IMG/VR virus record: IMGVR_UViG_3300042010_000106
Location: 248,001 to 312,000 of that record
Reading direction: 5' to 3' (one strand)
Length of the DNA: 64,000 nucleotides
Positions 53,834 to 62,484 of this stretch are shown one piece after another. Each line of letters begins with the position of its first letter. The stretch's first letter is position 1. A model generated the notes under the pieces. It did not search any database, was not told the DNA's origin, and saw nothing but the letters and a program-made list of their open reading frames with translations. The translations under genes and the position numbers were made by a program.

Positions 53834-54681
53834 TGGCCGACCTTACTGGATTGCCCGACGTTGTAGACGAAGAAGAATACGTCGAACTTCCTGAAACGGA
53901 AATGACGCTGAAAGACCTTCAGGAAATTGCCGAAGACGAAGATAAGCTCGCGGCATTAAAGCTGAAAATCGAACGTGGTTACGCAGCTTTGTGCGCATTG
54001 TGCGCGCATCCAATGGAAGACGATGACGAAGCTGAATCTGATGATGACGACGAAGAAATGTCCGATTCAAAAGAACTAATCAGCCTCGACAAAGCATTGA
54101 AATGCGTACACACTGGCCTTGATCTTTCAATGCCGAAAAAGAAAAAGAAAAAGCGCAGCCTTTCCCTTGACGGTAAAGGTGGTGCATCGACAGACGAAGA
54201 CGCCGACGAAGATCCTGCGGAAATGTCATGTCGTTTGCTATTCAAAAAGATTAAGCAGGCATCGCATCCTGACAAGATCATGCGTTTCAGCGCAGACATA
54301 AAGAAAGAAATTCTCGAATGCTTTTTCAATGCCAAAACCTATTACGCTGAAGAGGATGTTAGTGCATTAATCCTTTGCTACATTCGCGTTTATTTGTTGC
54401 GTGGCGAAGCATTCAAGATTACGCCAAAGATGTATCAATTGGCAAAGGAACGGCACAATGCCATTCTGCACCATATGAATTATTTGGCAGCGCGCCCATA
54501 CATTAACGCAATTGAAGCGTTGTATCGCGGCGAAAAGGAATTGGCAAAGCGTTTGTTTACTGCTTATCTGAAGAAACAAAAGGCAGAGAAAGCAGAGGAA
54601 TGGGATGCGTTCGTTGATGAAGACGGCGAAGTCTATTTCGAATACGATGATGAAGAAGACGAAGAAAAAGAAGACGAATAA
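53833..54681 (+). CDS. J-domain (DnaJ-like HPD) protein with acidic and poly-Lys segments
   Basis: CRLLFKKIKQASHPDKI followed by a helix ending FFNAKTYY. Confidence 0.65.
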   Translation: MADLTGLPDVVDEEEYVELPETEMTLKDLQEIAEDEDKLAALKLKIERGYAALCALCAHPMEDDDEAESDDDDEEMSDSKELISLDKALKCVHTGLDLSMPKKKKKKRSLSLDGKGGASTDEDADEDPAEMSCRLLFKKIKQASHPDKIMRFSADIKKEILECFFNAKTYYAEEDVSALILCYIRVYLLRGEAFKITPKMYQLAKERHNAILHHMNYLAARPYINAIEALYRGEKELAKRLFTAYLKKQKAEKAEEWDAFVDEDGEVYFEYDDEEDEEKEDE

Positions 54682-54705
54682 CACAATCAAATGCAATACC
54701 TAATC

Positions 54706-54727
54706 AGGGGCCTAGTGCCCCTTTTTT
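54706..54727 (+). terminator. Intrinsic terminator
   Basis: AGGGGC-CTAGT-GCCCCT-TTTTT. Confidence 0.85.
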
Positions 54728-54838
54728 ATTGCCCAAAATACGCAAATGTTTCGTTTAAATCCCTTTAAGTAATTTAGATATAGTGGAAAGGCAGTAAATG
54801 CACATTCCCATATACCAACGATACAAGGGGTTTATTCC

Positions 54839-56479
54839 ATGGCATTTCCCAATACAAGTGCCGGGGTCTACGATCAGGATCGTGACCTTAGCCAGCGTGG
54901 CGGCACCGTAATCAGTTCCATTGCGGCACTGGTTACTGAAGCTGCAAAAGGTAAAGTCGGTGAGTGGATTGATGTTTTCGACAAAGAAAATGCCAAACAA
55001 ACTTTCGGCACAAAGTCTCTGAGCAAATACGGTTTCGGCATGTATTGCACAGAGCAATATCTGCGTGAATCGCGCATGATGGTTAAACGTGTTGTTGACC
55101 CGGCCACCGCCCGCACTGCTGGCGCATGGCTTTCGGTTGATGATGTAACCGCAACCAATCCAGTTCTGAAACTCGTTTGTTTCGACAATGGCGACAATCA
55201 GCCGCAAGGCGTGCTTGGCGATCCAATGGAAACAGTCGATTTTCTCGCATCTAATCCGGGGGCAAAAAATGCCCTTTTGTTCGTTTGCGCGAACTCGCCG
55301 GGTGAATGGTCTGATGAACTGAGTATCCGCGTTCGTCCATCCGCCCAAATGGGTACAGAAGTTGGCGAATTTTCTGACCCGTACCATTTCTACCTTGAAG
55401 TTTTCCTGAACTACAAGGGTGATGCTTCTGTTCCGGTCGAATCCTATTTGTGTTCGCGGACTTCGGAAATTGATGGGGAAGGCGGTCAGATGTACGTCGA
55501 GGATCGCATTAACGCGGCTTCGCAATACATCAAAGTGAAAAACAACAAACTGTGCCCACCTGTGCAAATCCGTACAACTGCTTTCGAATACATCGACGGT
55601 GGTGAAGACGGCAAGCGCCCAACTGCCCAGCAAATTGCTGAAGCATGGGATGGTCTGGAAGACACGGACACGTACGAAGTACAAATTCTTTTGAACGCGG
55701 GTTACACGACTCCAAACGTTCAACAGAAAATGATTACCACCGCTGAAAAGCGTGGTGATGCAATCGCAATTATCGACCTGCCGAAAGAATACGCCGAAGC
55801 TGCCCGCGCAGTGAACTATCGTCGGAATATCCTGAACGTTTCCAGCTCCTACGGCGCGATGTATGCCCCGTATGTGGAAGTGACCGACGAAATCACAGGC
55901 CGTCGTTTCTTCTGCCCGCCATCTGCATTGGTAGGCGCTCAATTCGCATACACCGACCGCGTGCGTGCGTACTATTGGGCACCGGCTGGTATTTCGCGTG
56001 GTCAAATGAAAGTCACTGACTTGTTCAAGAAATACAACAAGCAGGAACGCAACGCTTTGGAACAGGCGCAAGTCAACGTGATTCGCCGTATTCCGGGCCG
56101 TGGTTTCGTGATTTTCGACCAGTCCACACTGCAAGCTTTTGCGTCTGGTTTCCAGAACGTAAACGTACGCCGTTTGGTCAACGGTATTAAATCCATGGTT
56201 CGCAAAGCTTTCTTGCCATCGGTATTTAATCCGAACGATGAATTCGAACGCCTCAAGCTGAAGAACCTCGTTGATGCCGAAGTGCGTACCATCAAAACCG
56301 GACGCGGTGTAAACGAATGGGAAACCATTTGTGACGAACGTAACAACACGCGGGATGTAATCGCGAACAACGATATGGTCATTGACCTGATTCTTGATCC
56401 GACCATTCCTGCAAAACGCGCGCATATTGGTGCGGATATCCGCAACTTCGGCGATTCGATCAGCTTCCGGGAGTCCTAA
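54839..56479 (+). CDS. Contractile tail sheath protein
   Basis: SAGVYDQDRDLS N-terminus, YGAMYAPY, PPSALVG, WAPAG..RG, LEQAQVNVI, VNVRRL, FNPND. Confidence 0.95.
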   Translation: MAFPNTSAGVYDQDRDLSQRGGTVISSIAALVTEAAKGKVGEWIDVFDKENAKQTFGTKSLSKYGFGMYCTEQYLRESRMMVKRVVDPATARTAGAWLSVDDVTATNPVLKLVCFDNGDNQPQGVLGDPMETVDFLASNPGAKNALLFVCANSPGEWSDELSIRVRPSAQMGTEVGEFSDPYHFYLEVFLNYKGDASVPVESYLCSRTSEIDGEGGQMYVEDRINAASQYIKVKNNKLCPPVQIRTTAFEYIDGGEDGKRPTAQQIAEAWDGLEDTDTYEVQILLNAGYTTPNVQQKMITTAEKRGDAIAIIDLPKEYAEAARAVNYRRNILNVSSSYGAMYAPYVEVTDEITGRRFFCPPSALVGAQFAYTDRVRAYYWAPAGISRGQMKVTDLFKKYNKQERNALEQAQVNVIRRIPGRGFVIFDQSTLQAFASGFQNVNVRRLVNGIKSMVRKAFLPSVFNPNDEFERLKLKNLVDAEVRTIKTGRGVNEWETICDERNNTRDVIANNDMVIDLILDPTIPAKRAHIGADIRNFGDSISFRES

Positions 56480-56482
56480 TAA

Positions 56483-57127
56483 ATGGCTGAGAAAAAAATC
56501 GAGGAAATTCGCGATGCACTTCGCGTTATTTCCGACATCCAGAACATGGATGAAACCAATCCAATCGTACACCGCGTGAGTAACGCGACTGTTCGAAAGG
56601 TAACAACCACCGTTGCTGCTGTTCGCGAACCTACGCAATTGATCGTTCCTTTGAACGTGATTTGGTTCGACTTCGATCCGCAAAGCAAATTCTACAAAAC
56701 AGCTCGCCGTCGTGTTTCGAAAAACGCAGACGTTGGCGCCGGTACTCTCCACACGTGGGAAGTAATCGACACTTACGCTCAATTCATCGAAGATCAATTC
56801 TACGATGCAGAAGACGCGGAAATTCTGAACACTCAAGCGCCGTTGCCTGTTGCTTCGACAACCGTTATGGGTATCGCGAAACTGAGCGTTGCTGCTGTGA
56901 ACGGTGCCACGCCAACGGTTGTCGGTGAAGGCGATCCGCGTTTGACTGACGCACGTACACCAACCGAACACACGCACGCGGAACGTCCTGCATCGCAATT
57001 GAAAACGCGCACGGGCATTGTGACAATTGAAAACAGTGCTGCTCCAGTTGTTGGCGCTACGCTGTTCGCAACCAGTCCAAATTCCGCCGTATGGCGCCAA
57101 GTAACCACCGCCGACGTGAATCGTTAA
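56483..57127 (+). CDS. Tail-associated/fibre-like protein
   Basis: GIAKLS...VVGEGDPRLTDARTPTEHTH fibre-type motif shared with the next gene. Confidence 0.6.
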   Translation: MAEKKIEEIRDALRVISDIQNMDETNPIVHRVSNATVRKVTTTVAAVREPTQLIVPLNVIWFDFDPQSKFYKTARRRVSKNADVGAGTLHTWEVIDTYAQFIEDQFYDAEDAEILNTQAPLPVASTTVMGIAKLSVAAVNGATPTVVGEGDPRLTDARTPTEHTHAERPASQLKTRTGIVTIENSAAPVVGATLFATSPNSAVWRQVTTADVNR

Positions 57128-57136
57128 GAGGCTGTT

Positions 57137-59464
57137 ATGACATTAACCGAGTTTGTAGATTCCAAACTTGCGATTGCGTTGGATTATCGCGGTTTGAGCA
57201 AATACAACCCGGTTGAGATTGTGGTCGAGGGCAACGGGCATACGTTCGTTGTTCTCGTTTCGCATCTTGAGCCGGATACCCTCACAGTTCCTTACAACGT
57301 TTCGTGGATTATGTCCGATCCCGAACACCCTGATTACAAAGTATTGATGCGCCGCGTCGATGCTGAAAACTACGATGGCAACGGCTATCGCGGTTCGTGG
57401 GCAGTTCTTTCGACTGTCGAAACGATTTTCGAAGAACCTCAATTCTTCAAGAAAGATTCCGATCCAATTCTTGGTGAAGTTGAACAATTCCGACCGCCAA
57501 TTGCTACCGACAAAGCATACGGCGGTTTCTTCGTTTCTCATGTTGCCGCTGGTTCTGAATTGGCACCGGTTGTTGTTGAAACCAGCGACCCGCGCATGAG
57601 CAACGCACGCCCACCGAAAACACACAGCCACGTACAAACCCCGGCCACCATGCTTAGCGCTGGTGACAGTCTGGAAAAATACGTAAACATTTCGACGGTA
57701 AACGATCCTGTTGCCGGTCAAATGCTGTTTGTTACGGGCACCGATGGCGACGGCAATTATGTTGGTGAATGGAAATATCCAACCGCTGAATTCCCGTACA
57801 TTGGCCCGGTTCCGGTAAGCCTTGATGTAATCGGCCCACTGGTTCCAGTTCTCGGCGGAACGAATCACGTTTTGCGTGCTGACGTTCTGATGGATGACGA
57901 TACAACTCTGAATAGCGTTAAAGCTGTTTGGACTCTCGGCAACAATGCCGAATGGGCGCAAATCAATGCAGCTACCGGCGTTTTCAAAGCTGGTTTGGTT
58001 GCTGTCGATACGCCTGTAACTGTTCGCGCAACATGGACTCACGTTGATAGTGGCGAAGTAGTTTTCAAAGATTACATCATCACAATTATCGGCGATCCAT
58101 CGTTGGTTATTCTCGACTTTATCAGCATTGGTGGCCCTACCGAAATCCAGAAATCGGAAACCGGTACGTATCCAGTAACCGCGCATTACACTGACGGTTC
58201 TACCGCTGTCGTAACGCCGAATGTTTATGAATCGAGCAATAGCGCTGCCGGTACATTCAGCAATGGCGTACTGACTCCGCGCTCTTCGCAAATTGGCGAT
58301 CTTTCTACACGCCTGACTGCGACGTATACCGCCAACGGAATTACACGCACGGCATTCATTGACGTGACCGTGAAAGATCCTGCAATTTATCCGGCGACGA
58401 TTACAATCAATGGCCCTGTACAAGTTGATCAAGATGATTCGATCACTTTGCTGGCTCACGTTGTTTTCACTGACGGTTCTGAAGCCGATGTGAACACCGC
58501 TGCATGGTCTGTTGTATCGACTGTGTTTGCGACCATCACCACTCCGGCTGGCGTTCTGACTGCTAAACCGTTGACCACTCCGGGTTCTAAATCCGTGACT
58601 GTTAACGTTTCGTTTACGCAGAATGGCGTGACCAAAACTGCGTCGAAAGCAATTGCAATTGCTGACACCAAAAACTGGCCGACAACTGCACAAGTTCTCG
58701 GTAAAACAACTGTTGCTCCTAGCGCTACAGAAACTTACACGTACGAAGTGACATACACGGACGGTTCGAAAGTTCTGAAAACGCCTGTTTGGTCTAGTTC
58801 CGACGAAACCAAAATGACGATTGATGCTGCGACTGGTGTGGCTACATACAACACCATCGAATCGACTGTGACTGTTCGCGCAGTTTACACAGAAGACGGA
58901 ATCAATCTGAATGCCAACAAAGTTGTAACCATCGCTGTTCCGCCTGTAGTTGTTCCAGAAATGCGCATTGGTTCTGCAATGTTCGCTAACCGGTTGTTCA
59001 CGGGTGGCCCAATCGCTTCTGAAATCACTCCTGAAGAAGCTGAATACGATGTAATCGCTGATCCATCGCCGTACGGTCGCCCGTATGATCATTGGGCCGG
59101 TTTCGCAGAATTTGCTGCCGACAAAATGACTCAAACTGTGACAACCGTTGACGGCACCACACCGGTAAGCGTCACCGTTGATAACGGCGAATACGTTTAC
59201 ATCATGTGGCCGAAGTCGAAAGGTTCTGCAATTGTCACTCTGTTGCAGCCGGGCGATTTCAACGAAATCATGGGCGGCGTTCTGTACCGCAACGAAATCC
59301 TTGGTAACTCTGATGGCTTGCCGGGTTACGATCCGAACTTGCCTAAGTTTGTCGAAGTTATGTACGACGATGGCACTGGTGAAATTCCGTGGATTGTTGT
59401 GCGTGCTGATGACACACCAAACGCAACACAAACGTTCACGTACAAAATCAGCTATGTTCCATAA
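57137..59464 (+). CDS. Tail appendage protein with tandem Ig-like (BIG2-type) domains
   Basis: SDPRMSNARPPKTHSH plus ~4 repeats of I.I.GP..V......T......YTDG....V...W.SS....TI...G. Confidence 0.8.
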   Translation: MTLTEFVDSKLAIALDYRGLSKYNPVEIVVEGNGHTFVVLVSHLEPDTLTVPYNVSWIMSDPEHPDYKVLMRRVDAENYDGNGYRGSWAVLSTVETIFEEPQFFKKDSDPILGEVEQFRPPIATDKAYGGFFVSHVAAGSELAPVVVETSDPRMSNARPPKTHSHVQTPATMLSAGDSLEKYVNISTVNDPVAGQMLFVTGTDGDGNYVGEWKYPTAEFPYIGPVPVSLDVIGPLVPVLGGTNHVLRADVLMDDDTTLNSVKAVWTLGNNAEWAQINAATGVFKAGLVAVDTPVTVRATWTHVDSGEVVFKDYIITIIGDPSLVILDFISIGGPTEIQKSETGTYPVTAHYTDGSTAVVTPNVYESSNSAAGTFSNGVLTPRSSQIGDLSTRLTATYTANGITRTAFIDVTVKDPAIYPATITINGPVQVDQDDSITLLAHVVFTDGSEADVNTAAWSVVSTVFATITTPAGVLTAKPLTTPGSKSVTVNVSFTQNGVTKTASKAIAIADTKNWPTTAQVLGKTTVAPSATETYTYEVTYTDGSKVLKTPVWSSSDETKMTIDAATGVATYNTIESTVTVRAVYTEDGINLNANKVVTIAVPPVVVPEMRIGSAMFANRLFTGGPIASEITPEEAEYDVIADPSPYGRPYDHWAGFAEFAADKMTQTVTTVDGTTPVSVTVDNGEYVYIMWPKSKGSAIVTLLQPGDFNEIMGGVLYRNEILGNSDGLPGYDPNLPKFVEVMYDDGTGEIPWIVVRADDTPNATQTFTYKISYVP

Positions 59465-59473
59465 ATAAAGGAC

Positions 59474-59504
59474 GGGTCAGTTATCGAAAGGTAGCTGGCC
59501 CTTT
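59474..59504 (+). terminator. Hairpin (GAAA tetraloop) with a short U tract; weak terminator
   Basis: GGGTCAGTTATC-GAAA-GGTAGCTGGCCC-TTT. Confidence 0.6.
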
Positions 59505-59527
59505 CCCTGTAAAAAGGAGGATTCAAC

Positions 59528-61195
59528 ATGGCCGGTATAGACGAAGTTCCATGGCCGGTAGAGCTACAAATAATCGGGCCATCGCAAACAATTCCAGAAC
59601 GCACAAGCTTTACGTTTCGTGCACGCCTTTTGTACGACGATGAATCCACAAAAATTGTTCCTGCTGAATGGTTTTTGACGTCGAATGAATTCGGCACAAT
59701 CACACCGGACGGGGTTTTCACCGCTGGTAGCGTTCCAACTGGAACACGTAGCGTTGAGGCGCAATGTTCGTACCTCGACCCACAAGCTGGCTACGTCTTA
59801 GCAGCGCAACAAACGTTCACCGTGAAAGATACTGATACCCCACCGGTTCTTTTGTCTTTGCATTTGGACGGGCCTACTGAAGTTCCCAAGAATTCAGAAG
59901 CAGAATACGTTGTAACAGCGCGCTATAGTAACGGTACAACTGTTTCTGTTGAGCCTACGTCGCTTGTATCCAGCCGACCTGCTGTTGCGACAATTGATTT
60001 AAACGGTAACGCGACTTTTGCAGCGATTCGCGGCAATGCGACCGTAGTTTTTACAGCGCAATACGTAAACGGCGCCGATACATTCGAAGCCACGCTGAGC
60101 ATTCAAGTAATTGACTCGGCGATTTATCCAGTTCGCGGCAACGTGTTCGGCCCAGCGGTCATAACCGAAAACGGTAAGGCGCAATTTGGATTGAATGTTG
60201 TTTTCGAGAACGGAAAAAATCAGCAAGTGATTGCTAACTGGCATTCGTCAAACCCGAAAGCCGGTGAATTGGATTGTAACGGACATTTTTGTGCTGCGTC
60301 TGTTGAAGGCGTAGAAACAACCACAATTATTGCATCGTACGAATACGAAGGGACTATTACTTCGGCTTCGCTAGAACTGAGTGTGCTGGACATCACCGTT
60401 TACCCGGAAAGCCTGACCATCGACGGCCCTGAAAAGATTCGTGAAGGTTTGGTAGTTCAGTATTACACAACACTTCGTTTTTCTAACGGCACGCGTAAAT
60501 CTGTTCTGGCGAATTTGCAGGCCAGTGATAGCGCAGGCGGTTATTTGGATGCAGGCTGTCAATTCCACGCGGCGTCTCAAGTGAGTGCACCGACAGACGT
60601 AATGCTGTTTGCAGTTCATGAGACTTTGACTTCACAGCGTTTTGTTGAAGTTATTCCGTCGCCAGTTTTGCCCGTTCGTTGTTATATCGAGCTGCGTTCG
60701 CCGATGTATGTTGGTGAATATCAATCGCTGAAATTCCATGTCGTTTATGAAGACGGAACGGACATTGTGCTTCCTGCATCGTGGTCGCTGTCGAACACAC
60801 ACATTGCGGAAATCAGTGAAGGCGGCGTGCTGCACGCGATTGAGGTTGTGGAAACTGCCGAACTTGTTGTGCGTGCATCTTTGAACATTAGCGGTGTTGC
60901 ATTGAACGCGGAATTGCCGGTGACGTTGATCGACAATAAAACGTATCCGATGTCGATAAGCATTAGCGGCCCTGAAAGTATCCGCGTAGGCATGGCAACT
61001 TCTTACACTGCGCTTGCATTGTTTTCCGATGGTACAGAACGCCCGGTTTCGCCGTTGTGGTTCTGCGCTGACGATCATGTAAACGTGATGTTGGGACGCG
61101 TTAAAGCGACAGCCCCCGGAACCTATCACGTGTCCGTTACGTACACGCTGCAACACGAAACAGTAACCGCAACAATTGAGATAACCGTGTCATGA
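59528..61195 (+). CDS. Protein of 5-6 tandem Ig-like (BIG2-type) domains, probably virion surface
   Basis: Repeats of L.I.GP..I......Y......Y.NG....V...W.S. Confidence 0.8.
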   Translation: MAGIDEVPWPVELQIIGPSQTIPERTSFTFRARLLYDDESTKIVPAEWFLTSNEFGTITPDGVFTAGSVPTGTRSVEAQCSYLDPQAGYVLAAQQTFTVKDTDTPPVLLSLHLDGPTEVPKNSEAEYVVTARYSNGTTVSVEPTSLVSSRPAVATIDLNGNATFAAIRGNATVVFTAQYVNGADTFEATLSIQVIDSAIYPVRGNVFGPAVITENGKAQFGLNVVFENGKNQQVIANWHSSNPKAGELDCNGHFCAASVEGVETTTIIASYEYEGTITSASLELSVLDITVYPESLTIDGPEKIREGLVVQYYTTLRFSNGTRKSVLANLQASDSAGGYLDAGCQFHAASQVSAPTDVMLFAVHETLTSQRFVEVIPSPVLPVRCYIELRSPMYVGEYQSLKFHVVYEDGTDIVLPASWSLSNTHIAEISEGGVLHAIEVVETAELVVRASLNISGVALNAELPVTLIDNKTYPMSISISGPESIRVGMATSYTALALFSDGTERPVSPLWFCADDHVNVMLGRVKATAPGTYHVSVTYTLQHETVTATIEITVS

Positions 61196-62484
61196 TTATT
61201 GGACTCGCAGCCGCACAGGTAGACTTCAAAATATTCGAATGGTTTTCGAATGCAGGCGCCGACTTCCAATTGAAGCTGGCAGGCCACACGCCAATTCGCG
61301 TAGAGCCTGATGATCTTATCGGGTTGAAGAAAACCACACGTGGGCCAACCGCTGGTTCTTATCAGGTTGTGTTGGCTAAATATCCCCAACTTGTTTTCCG
61401 TTCGATTAAGCAGCACGAAATCGACACGTTTTTCGAACACTTGAAACCGTTCGCTGGCGTACCGGACAAGCCGGGGTTTGAAGGCGGTCGCCGCGCACCA
61501 ATTCGTAGAGACGTGTTGGAGAAATCCGATAAGCAATCGTCGCAGTATTTTGTAGCGCCAAACTCCCCACGGGAACAAGGCTCCTACGATAAAAACGATT
61601 ACCAATGGCGACAGGTTGTTCGCACAGTTCAAATCACCACGAAAACACACGGTGCCACACGCCAAAGCTTGAAAGAGCATGAAATTGTTGGTGTGCGTTA
61701 CCTGCGTAAATCCCACGGCGGTTATGTAATCATGCCGAGCGGTGAGCGCGTGATGATTTCTCACGATAAGTACGAAGAGTTAACACTCAATTCGGACATC
61801 TTGCCGCGAGCGCGACAGGAAAAAGGCATCGTGGATTTGAACGACATTGCCCGCAACTTGCCGAAAGGTACGCGTATTCGAATGCCACGTATTCCGAAAA
61901 CGCCAATCGTTAAAACACCACGCAAAACGGAAAAGGGTTCGGTAACTGATCGCCCATTCCATGAGCAAAACAAACCGCTCGTTTCACAGTTCGATTACAA
62001 AGAGTTCGACGAAGCCTTTGATTTCGAACCAGAAGACGAAGAAGAACTGCTAAATCCACCAGACGAATTCGAATTTGAAGACGACGAAACTGTAAATACA
62101 CAGGGTGCACCGGCCCTTGATACAGAAGTTGGCGAAGAAGAAGATGACCCTGATATGGATCATTTGCAGGATGTTGAACACGACGAAGAAACAGGCGAAC
62201 CAATCGAAGACGAAGACGCAGTTTATGCCGAAGAAGGTTTGGTACTCAAAACCAAAGCAGGCGCGGAATGGATTGTTGTTGCGGTTGAAGAAGAAGGTTT
62301 GTCAGATAACCTGTTGCTTTACGACGTGGAAACAAAAGCGCTTCGGAACTATCGAGTGCCAGCCGGTGAAGACTTGCGGAATATGAAGACCGTTACACCT
62401 GATCGAGTTATGAGCGGGCCAAAATTCGAGAAGATACGGGACGAAGCCGTAGAACGTGACCTCACTGCTGGAAAACGTATATGA
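61192..62484 (+). CDS. Hypothetical protein with acidic linker
   Basis: 430 aa, ATGA-coupled on both sides. Confidence 0.8.
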   Translation: MIIGLAAAQVDFKIFEWFSNAGADFQLKLAGHTPIRVEPDDLIGLKKTTRGPTAGSYQVVLAKYPQLVFRSIKQHEIDTFFEHLKPFAGVPDKPGFEGGRRAPIRRDVLEKSDKQSSQYFVAPNSPREQGSYDKNDYQWRQVVRTVQITTKTHGATRQSLKEHEIVGVRYLRKSHGGYVIMPSGERVMISHDKYEELTLNSDILPRARQEKGIVDLNDIARNLPKGTRIRMPRIPKTPIVKTPRKTEKGSVTDRPFHEQNKPLVSQFDYKEFDEAFDFEPEDEEELLNPPDEFEFEDDETVNTQGAPALDTEVGEEEDDPDMDHLQDVEHDEETGEPIEDEDAVYAEEGLVLKTKAGAEWIVVAVEEEGLSDNLLLYDVETKALRNYRVPAGEDLRNMKTVTPDRVMSGPKFEKIRDEAVERDLTAGKRI

